Source of the DNA: a virus
Lineage: Duplodnaviria > Caudoviricetes
IMG/VR virus record: IMGVR_UViG_3300025909_000005
Direction: 5' to 3' (one strand)
Length of the DNA: 64,000 bases
A model generated the notes under the pieces. The model searched no databases, was not told where the DNA came from, and saw only the letters and a program-made list of their open reading frames with translations. Positions 25,539-35,351 of the stretch are shown here, one piece after another (the first letter of the stretch is position 1; each line of letters starts with the position of its first letter). Made by a program: the position numbers and the translations under genes.

Positions 25539-26668
25539 AAAAGTACCTTCGACTTACCTGCACCATCTGCAAGCGCAGCATCGACAAGCTCGTCGATCTG
25601 ACGCACTACGCGCCTGACGAATGCACGATCACCCTCAACTGCGAGGGTCGCCTGCTTCCGATCGAGTACCGCTCGAACGCGGAGATTGCCGTCGCGCCAG
25701 CCCTCGGTGTCACCGACTGGCGTCCACGCGGCACGAAGGTCTTCAACTCACCGACGGACACGAATCCAAACCTGATCGCACTGGAGACGGGAACTCTCAA
25801 GCAGCTTACGCTGGGCGTAGCTCTTGCCTCTGATCCTGGTGAAGGTGCCACACACAACGTGACCTTCTCAGTTCGCGCTGACACACCGAAGGCCTATCGT
25901 CAGTATGTCTACCGCATGGACCAGTCGTTCGACTCAGTCGCTGGCGTTGAGAGCGGGCTGGAGAAGAAGTCACTGCGGTTCACCGCCTACGGCGCCAACC
26001 CAGACCTGGTCGAGGTCTACGTCAACGGCGTGAAGCGCGCTGAAGGCACAGGACCCGACGACTACCAGGTGTACAACGGTTCGAACGGCATCCTGCCAAA
26101 CACAATCAAGTTCAACTCCTCGATCGTTCAGGCAGGCATCACACAGGTCGACGTCATCGTCTCAAAGGAGCAGGCGTCGAACGACGTTACGCTCACGTTC
26201 ACTCGCAACGCGCTCGATGAATCGCGTGTAGGAACCGGCGCCTACGAGAACGTCTCGTACGTCGATCGCTTCGATGAAACGCTGGCAGCTCCGCACCAGC
26301 GCCGCTACTACCTCTTCCACCTTGACCTAGACACGGCAACCCAACTGTCGCTGAACTCCATTCTCGTTTCACCGTCGACGAACACCGATGCGATCTTCCT
26401 GCTGGCACGCTCACCGTACAGCACGCTCGATCGTTACACGGACCTCGTCGTTGAGCTGTCAGGCATGGATGAGGAACGCGACTACATCAAGTTCTATGCC
26501 GTGAACTCCGTCACCACTGCTCGCGTCACACAAACCGCGATCTCAACGATCTACCCACCGCTGACACTCGGCAAGTTCGTTGTCGAGAAGACGATCAAGA
26601 CCCAACTCCCAGGAGTTACGGAGCAGATCACCATCGACGGTGCGGTCATCACAGGACCAGACGCATGA
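25535..26668 (+). CDS. putative structural protein
   Basis: TAAATA 25387-25392 upstream; N-terminal CxxC..C..C; beta-rich. Confidence 0.55.
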   Translation: MKKYLRLTCTICKRSIDKLVDLTHYAPDECTITLNCEGRLLPIEYRSNAEIAVAPALGVTDWRPRGTKVFNSPTDTNPNLIALETGTLKQLTLGVALASDPGEGATHNVTFSVRADTPKAYRQYVYRMDQSFDSVAGVESGLEKKSLRFTAYGANPDLVEVYVNGVKRAEGTGPDDYQVYNGSNGILPNTIKFNSSIVQAGITQVDVIVSKEQASNDVTLTFTRNALDESRVGTGAYENVSYVDRFDETLAAPHQRRYYLFHLDLDTATQLSLNSILVSPSTNTDAIFLLARSPYSTLDRYTDLVVELSGMDEERDYIKFYAVNSVTTARVTQTAISTIYPPLTLGKFVVEKTIKTQLPGVTEQITIDGAVITGPDA

Positions 26669-27120
26669 TCAATCCCCCAACCGACTGCTTCTTTGTCATT
26701 CAGCTTCACGGTGAAGCTGCTGAGTACGTGGCTAGCACGCTCTCGGAAAGCACGCTCTCTGACATTCGCGAAGCCGTCATGATCTCTGAGGACTTCTCCA
26801 ACGACATCGCAGCGGAGGTCAGCATGGACAACGCCGTGCTGAATGTCAAGAACTCCCTGATGGGTGAAGTTGAGGAGCTGATCACGATGAATCCTCTTTA
26901 CATTCCCTCTGGTCCCGACGCCATTCGTGACGTGCTTGACGGCGACTTCAAGTCGGACACGTTGAAGTTCACCGGCATGGATGGCAACCCCTTCACGCTC
27001 AAGACGACCAGCCTGACGTCGAACGACCAGGGCGTGCTTGAGGCCAAGGTTGCCTGCAAGCCGTTCGAGCTGCCGTCCTACGAGGACATCATTGCTGGTC
27101 AAACGAAGGGGCTCAACTGA
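26665..27120 (+). CDS. hypothetical protein
   Basis: Coupled ORF. Confidence 0.6.
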   Translation: MINPPTDCFFVIQLHGEAAEYVASTLSESTLSDIREAVMISEDFSNDIAAEVSMDNAVLNVKNSLMGEVEELITMNPLYIPSGPDAIRDVLDGDFKSDTLKFTGMDGNPFTLKTTSLTSNDQGVLEAKVACKPFELPSYEDIIAGQTKGLN

Positions 27121-27512
27121 TGGACATCACGCAGTTCGACTTCGCGTACAACGCGACGATCAAGATCAGTGAGGTTGGTGCTTCAAAGGCGCTGGCCCTG
27201 TTCCCTGGCGTGACGGATGTTTCGCTGAACTCTCGCACCTTCTCCACCTACGTCGAGTGCGCCAACAGCGTCAAGCACCTGATGGAAGACGTGGCACGAG
27301 CCGCAAGCAATGAAACAATCGAGTTCGCTGTCACCAGCGAGATTAACCCAGCCCACACAGGTGTTGAGACCCGCTCAAAGGACTGGGCTGACGATGAGGT
27401 CGCGCGCCTCTGGCTCTTTGACAAGAGCTTCGAAGGAAAGCTGGCAATTCACGCGGTTGGTCAAGCTCGCATCTTCGCGATGGACAAGATCGACAGCGTA
27501 ACGATCAACTGA
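27120..27512 (+). CDS. hypothetical protein
   Basis: Coupled ORF. Confidence 0.6.
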   Translation: MDITQFDFAYNATIKISEVGASKALALFPGVTDVSLNSRTFSTYVECANSVKHLMEDVARAASNETIEFAVTSEINPAHTGVETRSKDWADDEVARLWLFDKSFEGKLAIHAVGQARIFAMDKIDSVTIN

Positions 27513-27701
27513 TCATTCTTGCGAGTTGTAGATCTCGTCAGAGACCGCCTCTTCACGGGCCCAGGCGATGAGCTCATCGAGCTGCTTCCGTCGCTCCAGG
27601 CTGTCTCCACAGATTGCGTCGTAAAGCTCTTCCATCTGCTTGACTTCGGCTGCCTTCGTCTTCCAGAAAGCGAGCGCGTGGACAGGGTGCATGCCTTGCA
27701 T
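27513..27701 (-). CDS. small hypothetical protein
   Basis: Start corrected to TGATG-coupled 27701. Confidence 0.5.
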   Translation of the reverse strand: MQGMHPVHALAFWKTKAAEVKQMEELYDAICGDSLERRKQLDELIAWAREEAVSDEIYNSQE

Positions 27702-27850
27702 CAGAAACTCCAAAGAACCGAAGTATGTTCCAGACCGCCGCACACGATGTAGTGTTGCGCGACCTGAGTGTGCGAGATCCGATCCCACCAGGCTTCGCGC
27801 CAGGCTTCTTCACAGGAGATTCGCGCTTGCTGGATGAGGGTTTCGTTCAT
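27701..27850 (-). CDS. small leaderless protein (49 aa)
   Basis: Minus-strand TATAAT (27861-27856) then gaatc-ATG; MNETLIQQARISCEEAWREAWWDRISH... Confidence 0.5.
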   Translation of the reverse strand: MNETLIQQARISCEEAWREAWWDRISHTQVAQHYIVCGGLEHTSVLWSF

Positions 27851-27925
27851 GATTCATTATACACACTTTCCACAGGTTTGTGTCATGGTACAATGTAACA
27901 ATCAACCAGCCAACAAGAGGACAAA

Positions 27926-28258
27926 ATGGCAAAAGACCTGACTGGACAGTCAACCAAGTTCCGTGAAATCAAGGAAATCATGGAGCAGCCTTCGATGAAG
28001 GCACTCCTTAGCTCCTTCGTCGATGAAGCGGTCAAGTGCAAGCACAAGATCTCTCACGAACAGGAGAGCATCAAGGGACTGCGTGACAACGCCCTCGATC
28101 AGCTGGGTCTCAAGCCAGCGGTGTTCAATGCGTATGTCGCGATGGTCTACAACAACGACTACGTCCAGCGCAAGGACAAGCTCGAAGAGCTCATCGACCT
28201 CTGTGACTACGTCATGGAAGAGAACAACCTACTACCTGGCCCGCGTGCCGACGACTGA
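27926..28258 (+). CDS. T4 DsbA-like dsDNA-binding protein
   Basis: EAVKCKHKI...IKGLRDNALDQLG...FNAYVAM aligns by eye with T4 DsbA; GAGG SD, extended -10 at 27886-27894. Confidence 0.65.
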   Translation: MAKDLTGQSTKFREIKEIMEQPSMKALLSSFVDEAVKCKHKISHEQESIKGLRDNALDQLGLKPAVFNAYVAMVYNNDYVQRKDKLEELIDLCDYVMEENNLLPGPRADD

Positions 28259-28266
28259 GGAATCAC

Positions 28267-28557
28267 ATGACTGACAAGACTGCAATCGAAGCCAAGATCC
28301 GTGGCGCCATTCCATACATCATGCAGGCCATCGATGACGTGCGTGAACAGAATCCAGGAACGACCATCAAGCTGATGGTGGCAGCTGAGAATCCAGATGG
28401 GTCGGGCAAGGTGGCCTTCCGCATGGACACGGCTGAGTTCATGGAGGACATTGCCAAGCTCGTCGGCTACGAGCGTCCCTCTATCGAGGAAAAGGCCCGC
28501 TTCTTTGTTGAGAAGCACGGTCTAACCGTCGTTCGCGCAGAAGATCTCGATGCCTAA
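28267..28557 (+). CDS. hypothetical protein
   Basis: GAGG SD. Confidence 0.6.
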   Translation: MTDKTAIEAKIRGAIPYIMQAIDDVREQNPGTTIKLMVAAENPDGSGKVAFRMDTAEFMEDIAKLVGYERPSIEEKARFFVEKHGLTVVRAEDLDA

Positions 28558-28741
28558 GGAGCTGAGCGGACGCGCGTTCCGCTACCTGCACTGCCAGCAC
28601 AGGAACATGCAGTCCTTCACGGAGTGCTGCCTCGACTGCGGCGAGAACATCTGGACCACGGTGGCAGAGATTGAGAGGCAGGAGCAGCAGAAGCAGGAAC
28701 AGGTAGACGAACGAGCAGGGTGGAATGATGGACCGTGGTGA
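28550..28741 (+). CDS. small Cys/His (Zn-finger-like) protein
   Basis: CQH...CLDCG. Confidence 0.5.
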   Translation: MPKELSGRAFRYLHCQHRNMQSFTECCLDCGENIWTTVAEIERQEQQKQEQVDERAGWNDGPW

Positions 28742-29033
28742 AATCGTTGAACGCGTCATGCGCCTCGGAGCATATCGCGACCACACTTTCCAGGAACTTT
28801 GGACCATAGCTGAGAGGCAGCTCGCTGCTCGTCCAAAGGATGACGACGTCGTGCCAATCTACAAGAATCTTGAGGATTGGTTTACAGGTTCGACATTCCA
28901 CTACGCTTTCACGTACATCAGTAACAAGCTCACTGTGATTCGGATCGATGATCCAAGTCATGCAAAGCTCGTCTCTTGGAGACGAGGACTAACGATTTGG
29001 CCCGTGGTTGAACTCGCGCGCAAACGGTCGTAA
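28725..29033 (+). CDS. hypothetical protein
   Basis: Coupled ORF. Confidence 0.5.
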   Translation: MMDRGEIVERVMRLGAYRDHTFQELWTIAERQLAARPKDDDVVPIYKNLEDWFTGSTFHYAFTYISNKLTVIRIDDPSHAKLVSWRRGLTIWPVVELARKRS

Positions 29034-29101
29034 ATACACACGTGCGAGAAGCACGTTCAAGCATGGTCGCAGCGCCTTAAAAGGCTGCACACTGGAGAAG
29101 A

Positions 29102-31945
29102 ATGACACAAGCCAACTACGTAGGATCCTACTACGATTGGGACACGGATGCGGTGATGATCTGGGAACGCGATGAGAATGGTGTTCGCTCGGTCAAGCCC
29201 TACTACGCTCCCTACTATTTCTACGTCCCTGATGAAGACGGTGAGTACACCGCGATCGACCGCCGCAAGCTGAAGAAGCTGGTGTTCGACAACAAGGACG
29301 AGTTCAACCAAGCCACGAAGCAGTACGATCGCCGTGATCGCTACGAGAGCGACATCGCCCCGATGTTTCGCGTGCTCATGGACGAGTACTACGATCTCCC
29401 AACCCCCGTCGTCCACTACGCGTTCCTCGACATTGAGGTCGACTACAACTCGAAGCTCGGCTTCTCATCACCTGAGAACCCATACGCGCCCATCAACGCC
29501 ATCACGATCTACCAGTCGTGGTCGAAGCGCTACATCACGTACGCGGTCCCGCCGAAGAAGTGGAAGGGTGGTGAGACGTTCAGTGCCGACATCGCGAAGC
29601 TCTGGGAAGAGCACAAGCTTGGCTTCAAGCCAGAGGTCGTGCTGTGTGAAGACGAGGCGCAGCTCCTAACGTACATGATCCGAGACATTCAAGACTCGGA
29701 CATCATCTCAGGCTGGAACTCAGAGTTCTTCGACCTTCCGTACATCATGAAGCGGCTCGAGATCGTGCTGCCGAAGCTGATGCACAAGATGAACTTCATT
29801 GGCTGCCGCCCTGCTCGCATGTCAACGGTTGAGAGGTTTGGTTCCCCGCAGATCGTCTACGCGCTCAATGGCCGTACCCACCTCGACTACCTGGACCTCT
29901 TCAAGAAGTTCACGTTCGAAGGTCGTACGTCCTACTCCCTCGCGAACATCGCAGGTGACGAGCTCGATATCCCGAAGCTGCACTACGATGGCACCCTCGA
30001 GCAGCTCTACAACCGTGACTTTGCCCACTTCGTGGCGTACAACGCCCGAGACGTTGAAGTTCTGGTGAAGCTCGACGACAAGTTCAAGTTCATCGCCCTC
30101 GTGAACCAGATGGCCCACGAGAACACCGTTCCGTTTGCAGCAATGCTGGGCACGGTGCGCTACGTTGAAACGGGCATCACGAATCGTGCCCACTACGTTC
30201 ACGGTCTCCGCGTTCCAGACAAGATGATTCTGAACGACGGCATTCCTGTTGAAGGTGCCCTTGTCCTCTCACCGAAGGTTGGTCTCCACGACTGGCTCGG
30301 TTCGGTCGACATCAACTCGCTGTACCCATCCGTCATTCGAGCACTCAACATCTCGCCTGAGATGTTCCGTGGTCAGTTCGAACGTGAAGGTGACGCGTGG
30401 CGCGGCATCATGGAGATGTCTGAAGAGACGTTCAACTTCGTCTCTCGTGACGGTGAACCGCTGTCCATGACGGGCGAAGAGTGGTGGATGTGGCTCATCG
30501 AGCGCAAGTACGTCATCACCGCGTTCGGCACCGTCTTCGATCAGAGCCAGGGTCTCGGCATCGTCCCAGAAGCTATCGCCTTCTGGTACTCGGAACGTAA
30601 GCGTCTTCAAGCAGAAAAGAAGAAGTACCAGGTCCTGCTCAAGGAGTGTACCGACGACGTAGAGAAGTCTCGTCTGAAGAAGCTCGTCGAGCACTACGAC
30701 CTGCTCCAGCTCACGAAGAAGATTCAGCTGAACTCCACCTACGGTGCTCTGCTGTCTCCACACTTCCGCCTGGGTCGCAAGGAAATGGGTGCGTCTGTTA
30801 CAGCTTGCGGTCGTCAGATCACGACGAACATGATGCAGTGGATTGGCGAGCTTGTCACAGGCCAGCCAACGAAGATCATTCGCACCATGCTCGTTGACCC
30901 GTACAACCCGAAAGCGGGCTACCGGTCAACAATCGACGGCAAGGAGATCACGCAGGAGCAACGGTACGAGGAAGTCGTGGTGAAGGGTGGGGCTCGAGCT
31001 CTCGCCATCATCAAGCCGAAGAAGACTGCGGGCTCAGCGCACGACGATGAAGGTCAACACAACGACCACAACGGTGTTCTCTACGAGTCCAACAACCCGG
31101 TCATTCTGCTCTCTGACACTGACTCATGCTACTTCAAGACGCAGGCACCCACGAAGCAGGAGGCGATCGAGGTCGCTGATGCTGTGGCCGAGGAGGTGAA
31201 CGACATGTTCCCTGCTGCCATGCGAAAGTGGTTCAACTGCCAGCCAGGCCATGATGACCTCATCAAGGCAGGCCGTGAAATCGTTGGCTCACGTGGCCTC
31301 TTCCTGAACGCGAAGAAGAAGTACACCATCAAGGTGATGAACCTCGATGGCTTCGACATCGAGGGCGGCAAGCTCAAGACCGTCGGTTCGGAGATGAAGA
31401 AGGCCGATACACCGAAGGTCATTCAAGACTTCCTGAAGACGATGATGGACATCATCCTAGACGGTGGCACGTACGCTGACGTCGAGAAGTATGTCAATGA
31501 GCAGCGAGGAGTTCTCATCACGAAGATCGAGAACCCAGTCGCACTCGGTACCGCGAAGTCAATCAACAACCTCGACTCGCTCTACGCCGAATGGCAGAGG
31601 ACTGAGAAGATCGGCAAGGGAAAGGTGACACTCCCAGGCCACGTACGAGCCGCCATCAACTACAACGAGATGGTGCAGAAGTTTAACACGGGTGAGAAGC
31701 TCATGCGAGCTGGTGACAAGGGTCTCGTGTTCTACCTGAAGCCGAACGACTTTAAGCTCAAGTCGATCGCCTTCCCCGCGGACATCGACCGCTTCCCTGA
31801 CTGGTTCACGGAGAACTTCCGGCTGGACAAGCCACTGACAGAGCAGAAGATGATTGACAACAAGCTTGAAGGAACGTTTGAGGCACTCAATTGGGAGATC
31901 CCTACGCCACAGAAGACGTTCGTTAAGAAGATGCTGGAGTTTTAA
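29102..31945 (+). CDS. family B DNA polymerase (T4 gp43-like)
   Basis: ExoI LDIEVD, ExoII GWNSEFFDLPYI, ExoIII YNARDV, DINSLYPS, KIQLNSTYG, SDTDS. Confidence 0.97.
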   Translation: MTQANYVGSYYDWDTDAVMIWERDENGVRSVKPYYAPYYFYVPDEDGEYTAIDRRKLKKLVFDNKDEFNQATKQYDRRDRYESDIAPMFRVLMDEYYDLPTPVVHYAFLDIEVDYNSKLGFSSPENPYAPINAITIYQSWSKRYITYAVPPKKWKGGETFSADIAKLWEEHKLGFKPEVVLCEDEAQLLTYMIRDIQDSDIISGWNSEFFDLPYIMKRLEIVLPKLMHKMNFIGCRPARMSTVERFGSPQIVYALNGRTHLDYLDLFKKFTFEGRTSYSLANIAGDELDIPKLHYDGTLEQLYNRDFAHFVAYNARDVEVLVKLDDKFKFIALVNQMAHENTVPFAAMLGTVRYVETGITNRAHYVHGLRVPDKMILNDGIPVEGALVLSPKVGLHDWLGSVDINSLYPSVIRALNISPEMFRGQFEREGDAWRGIMEMSEETFNFVSRDGEPLSMTGEEWWMWLIERKYVITAFGTVFDQSQGLGIVPEAIAFWYSERKRLQAEKKKYQVLLKECTDDVEKSRLKKLVEHYDLLQLTKKIQLNSTYGALLSPHFRLGRKEMGASVTACGRQITTNMMQWIGELVTGQPTKIIRTMLVDPYNPKAGYRSTIDGKEITQEQRYEEVVVKGGARALAIIKPKKTAGSAHDDEGQHNDHNGVLYESNNPVILLSDTDSCYFKTQAPTKQEAIEVADAVAEEVNDMFPAAMRKWFNCQPGHDDLIKAGREIVGSRGLFLNAKKKYTIKVMNLDGFDIEGGKLKTVGSEMKKADTPKVIQDFLKTMMDIILDGGTYADVEKYVNEQRGVLITKIENPVALGTAKSINNLDSLYAEWQRTEKIGKGKVTLPGHVRAAINYNEMVQKFNTGEKLMRAGDKGLVFYLKPNDFKLKSIAFPADIDRFPDWFTENFRLDKPLTEQKMIDNKLEGTFEALNWEIPTPQKTFVKKMLEF

Positions 31946-31946
31946 A

Positions 31947-32267
31947 ATGAAGATCACCACTCGTAACAAGAAGAAGCCAGAAGCCCCAAAGAACTGGCCA
32001 CACCCTGCGAGTAACCCTGTCCCTGACGTTGTTGTTCCCGAGATCTTCGAGGAGCTGATGGAAGCCGACTTTGAGGAGGTCCTTCGACGGACAGTCGAAG
32101 GCGTCGACGTCAACTACATCGACTTCGGCGACGATGCATCCGGTTTTCGAGTCATCTACGATACTCCTCTTGAGCCAACGCACCGGACCCGAGAACAGAT
32201 TCACGCTGCCGTTGAGTCAGTTGTTAGGTCCGAGAGAGTGGCCTCACATGTTACAATTCATTCATGA
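31947..32267 (+). CDS. hypothetical protein
   Basis: Start corrected to 31947. Confidence 0.5.
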   Translation: MKITTRNKKKPEAPKNWPHPASNPVPDVVVPEIFEELMEADFEEVLRRTVEGVDVNYIDFGDDASGFRVIYDTPLEPTHRTREQIHAAVESVVRSERVASHVTIHS

Positions 32268-32983
32268 AGCTAACACCAAAAGACATTGAGGGCCTGAGGT
32301 CGGCCCTTTCAGCGACCAAGGTTGTTGGAGTTGAAGGCATTGTCTTCAACGACGGCAAGGTCATGGGTGCCCGCATCTCTCTTGATGCGGCCATCATTTC
32401 AGCATCTGGCATGGACTTCAATCCCGAGTATCGACTCGGTGTCGGTCGTGTTGATGAGCTTGAGAAGCGTCTCGCACTCTTCTCTGGCCCCATCGAAATT
32501 GATGCAAAGGTCTCCGATGCTGGTGACGTGAGCCTGCTCACCATCACCTCAGGCAAGACGAAGGTTCAGTTCCGCTGCACCTCTGCTGCGCTGATGAAGT
32601 ACCCGAAAAAGAACAACGACCCAGCCTTCGCAGTCGTGTACCTGTCACGAGCTGAAGCTCAGCAGGCATCCAAGGCAGCGAAGAGCCTGAAGTCGGACCG
32701 TCTACTTCTGCAGGTTGGACGCGACGGAAACGTCAGGTTGGAATGCGTAGATAGTTCTAATGATCGATTTGAGATCGAGCTAGCAAAGCAGGCCGACTAC
32801 ATGGACGAAGCCGACAGCGCCGTTCACTCGTACATCGCGAACGTTCTCACAGACGTGTTGGACGCAGCTGCCAAGGACGCTGAAGAAATCAGCCTCATTC
32901 TTGGTGCAGATGGCTCGATCACAACCACCGCGCGTGGTCACGAGCTCATCGTGTTCCCGCAAATCAATGGAGAAGAAGAATGA
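32264..32983 (+). CDS. putative sliding clamp (gp45-like)
   Basis: Size 239 aa, MKLT..DI..L start, alternating beta pattern, next to polymerase; leaderless after TGTTACAAT (32249-32257). Confidence 0.55.
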   Translation: MKLTPKDIEGLRSALSATKVVGVEGIVFNDGKVMGARISLDAAIISASGMDFNPEYRLGVGRVDELEKRLALFSGPIEIDAKVSDAGDVSLLTITSGKTKVQFRCTSAALMKYPKKNNDPAFAVVYLSRAEAQQASKAAKSLKSDRLLLQVGRDGNVRLECVDSSNDRFEIELAKQADYMDEADSAVHSYIANVLTDVLDAAAKDAEEISLILGADGSITTTARGHELIVFPQINGEEE

Positions 32984-33342
32984 ACCAAGACTTCGAGAAG
33001 TCGCGCGTCGAGTACGTCACCCGCATCGAGCTGATCAACCAGACGCTGCAGCGTGAAGTCGCCGAGCTCAAGCTCATCGAGAAGTGGGAGCCTCGCGTCG
33101 CCACCGTTCTCGATCCTGCCAACAACGAAGGTCGTCTCACGCTGTCCTTCGGCGGCCACAACATGACCGTGCAGCTGCCATACTCATCGCTCGCCGAGGT
33201 AGACACTGCAACGCTGGTTAACGCGGTGCTTGACTCTGTCTTTGCCAACCTCGTTCGTGACCGTCTCCGCACTGTCATCGAGCCTCAGGTGAAGAGCATG
33301 CAACAAGGGGTGCAGGCGACAGCAGGAGCCGGCAAGTGGTAA
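32980..33342 (+). CDS. hypothetical protein
   Basis: GGAG SD, coupled. Confidence 0.6.
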   Translation: MNQDFEKSRVEYVTRIELINQTLQREVAELKLIEKWEPRVATVLDPANNEGRLTLSFGGHNMTVQLPYSSLAEVDTATLVNAVLDSVFANLVRDRLRTVIEPQVKSMQQGVQATAGAGKW

Positions 33343-33644
33343 AGAACCTGCTACAGAAGGCGCTTAACTGGCGTCACAACGCGTCTACAGATCCATGGGC
33401 TTCCTTCGAGATTATGGGCTTCGAGCCTGATGGTCGCATCAAGGTTTCCACAAACTGGAACGACGCCTTCATCAAGAAGATCCACGCGCTTGGCTTCCAG
33501 GCTGAAACGCCAGAAGAGAGCGTCCAGCTCTTCTTCTACACCGCGCAAGCGCGTCCAACCGAGATGGACTCTGTAGATCCAGGTGAGGCCATCTCTAGTG
33601 GCCACCCGAACCTGTCAGCTGACACGAACATGCTGAGGACGTGA
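33336..33644 (+). CDS. conserved-type large-phage hypothetical protein
   Basis: DPW...G...V..NWNDAFI..I..LGF motif. Confidence 0.6.
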   Translation: MVKNLLQKALNWRHNASTDPWASFEIMGFEPDGRIKVSTNWNDAFIKKIHALGFQAETPEESVQLFFYTAQARPTEMDSVDPGEAISSGHPNLSADTNMLRT

Positions 33645-33817
33645 TGGAAATCGAAGATGACTGGGTCGCGATGATTGAGCCACGTGAGGGTCAAGAATAT
33701 GAATGCAAGTTCTGCTTCGACTACGGTGGGCTCATGCTGAAGAACGCAAGCGACGACAACGGCGAACCCTTTACGCAGACCTGCTGGCACTGTCAGACAC
33801 CTTCCGATCTGGACTAA
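33644..33817 (+). CDS. small CxxC-CxxC zinc-finger protein (57 aa)
   Basis: CKFC...CWHC; TGATG-coupled; missed by ORF track. Confidence 0.5.
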   Translation: MEIEDDWVAMIEPREGQEYECKFCFDYGGLMLKNASDDNGEPFTQTCWHCQTPSDLD

Positions 33818-33818
33818 A

Positions 33819-34121
33819 ATGTACGAAACCGAACTGGACATTGAGGAATACACAAAGGTCCTCGATGATGTGTGGGGCCTGCTAGAGTGCCACGACATCT
33901 TCCGCTCCTTCAACGATGACTTGAACTTTGCTGCGCTTGATGCACGCCTGGCCGAGATTGACGCGGAGCAGATGCACATCGAACGCCTCGTCAGCTACCT
34001 TCGATTCAGCTGGCGCTACAAGGAACACCTACCTCACTGGCAGCCCCTTCTTGAGGCGTCGCATGTTAGAATTATACAAATGGGCATCGATCCAAGAGAA
34101 TTACTAGAAGGAATGCTATGA
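33819..34121 (+). CDS. hypothetical protein
   Basis: Fills gap to RNase H. Confidence 0.55.
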   Translation: MYETELDIEEYTKVLDDVWGLLECHDIFRSFNDDLNFAALDARLAEIDAEQMHIERLVSYLRFSWRYKEHLPHWQPLLEASHVRIIQMGIDPRELLEGML

Positions 34122-35137
34122 AGAAGCGTATGGTTGTTGACACCGCGAACATTCTGTTTCGCGTTGCGTCAGCTCATGGAAAGTATAATCAAGGCGGCTC
34201 AGCGGAAGACCAAGCAGGTCTGGCCCTCCACATGGCTCTCCAAACCCTGAAGTCGCACTACAACCGCGTCAAGCCAGACCAGGTTGCCCTCACGTTCGAA
34301 GGTACGAACAACTGGCGCAAGACCTACACGAAGTCAGATGAGTGCGTATCGAAACGGATCTACAAGGCAAACCGAGTCAAGGACGACTCAATGATTCCGT
34401 TCTTCGAGCTCATCAAGGCCTTCGAACAACTCGCACGCGAACACACCTCACTCGTCTGCTTGTCGAACCCACTCTGTGAAGGCGACGACCTGTTCGCGGC
34501 CTACGTCGAGAAGTACACGGGTGAGGGCGACGAAGTCGTCGGTCTCTCAGGCGACAAGGACTTCGTGCAGCTCATCAAGTACCCGAACTTCACGCTTCTG
34601 AACCCAGACAAGCTGGGAGCCGATCGCCACACCGACAAGGATGGCAACAAGATCGACCCAGAGTACTTCATGTTCGAGAAGGCGTTTCGCGGAGATTCGG
34701 GCGACAATGTCATGGCAGCGTATCCACGAGTTCGCTCGACTCGCCTGAAGAAGGCGTTCACGGATCACTTCGAGCTGACAAACATGCTGAACGAAAGCTG
34801 GACGTTCAATGAGCCATCGACGGGCGAGGAACGCATCTTCCGTGTCGGTGACCTCTACGAAGAGAACCACAAGCTCATGAACCTCTCACGGCAGCCTGAC
34901 TACGTGCGTGATGAGATGTTCCGCACCGTCAACGAGAGCGCAATCGACCACGGTCACTTCAGCCTATTCCACTTCCAGAAGTTCTGCGGCAAGTACGGCC
35001 TCAAGAAGATCAGCGAAGAGGTCACCAACTTCGTACCGCTGTTCTCCAACTCTGGCAAGAACTCTGAGCACCGTGAAGAAACAAAGGCGCTGCACGTCGC
35101 AAAGAAGGCCGCACGTTCGACGACCATGGAGTTCTAA
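34118..35137 (+). CDS. rnh: RNase H / 5'-3' flap exonuclease (T4 Rnh-like)
   Basis: VVDTANI, WRK...YKANR, CEGDDL, LSGDKDFVQL, GDSGDNV. Confidence 0.9.
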   Translation: MKKRMVVDTANILFRVASAHGKYNQGGSAEDQAGLALHMALQTLKSHYNRVKPDQVALTFEGTNNWRKTYTKSDECVSKRIYKANRVKDDSMIPFFELIKAFEQLAREHTSLVCLSNPLCEGDDLFAAYVEKYTGEGDEVVGLSGDKDFVQLIKYPNFTLLNPDKLGADRHTDKDGNKIDPEYFMFEKAFRGDSGDNVMAAYPRVRSTRLKKAFTDHFELTNMLNESWTFNEPSTGEERIFRVGDLYEENHKLMNLSRQPDYVRDEMFRTVNESAIDHGHFSLFHFQKFCGKYGLKKISEEVTNFVPLFSNSGKNSEHREETKALHVAKKAARSTTMEF

Positions 35138-35153
35138 TGTGATATAATGGGCC

Positions 35154-35351
35154 ATGACCAAGACCATCGCAGCCGAAGCCACTGAGCTCTTTGACCAGTT
35201 TCTGGAGACGCTCGAAGACGATCCGATTCCCCTCCTGGAGGTGAACTGCCGCCTGGACGTCTGGACGCGGGAGGTGGTTCCTGTCACTCACCCGAAGCGT
35301 GACCTGCTCATCGACGCCATCTACGAACGGTATGATGAGCATTGCTCTTGA
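35154..35351 (+). CDS. small hypothetical protein (leaderless)
   Basis: TGATATAAT (35140-35148) then gggcc-ATG. Confidence 0.55.
   Translation: MTKTIAAEATELFDQFLETLEDDPIPLLEVNCRLDVWTREVVPVTHPKRDLLIDAIYERYDEHCS

Noticed and set aside
30850-31130. Possible intein in DNA polymerase
   Set aside because: Too short, no Cys/Ser start with His-Asn end followed by a nucleophile, no LAGLIDADG motifs
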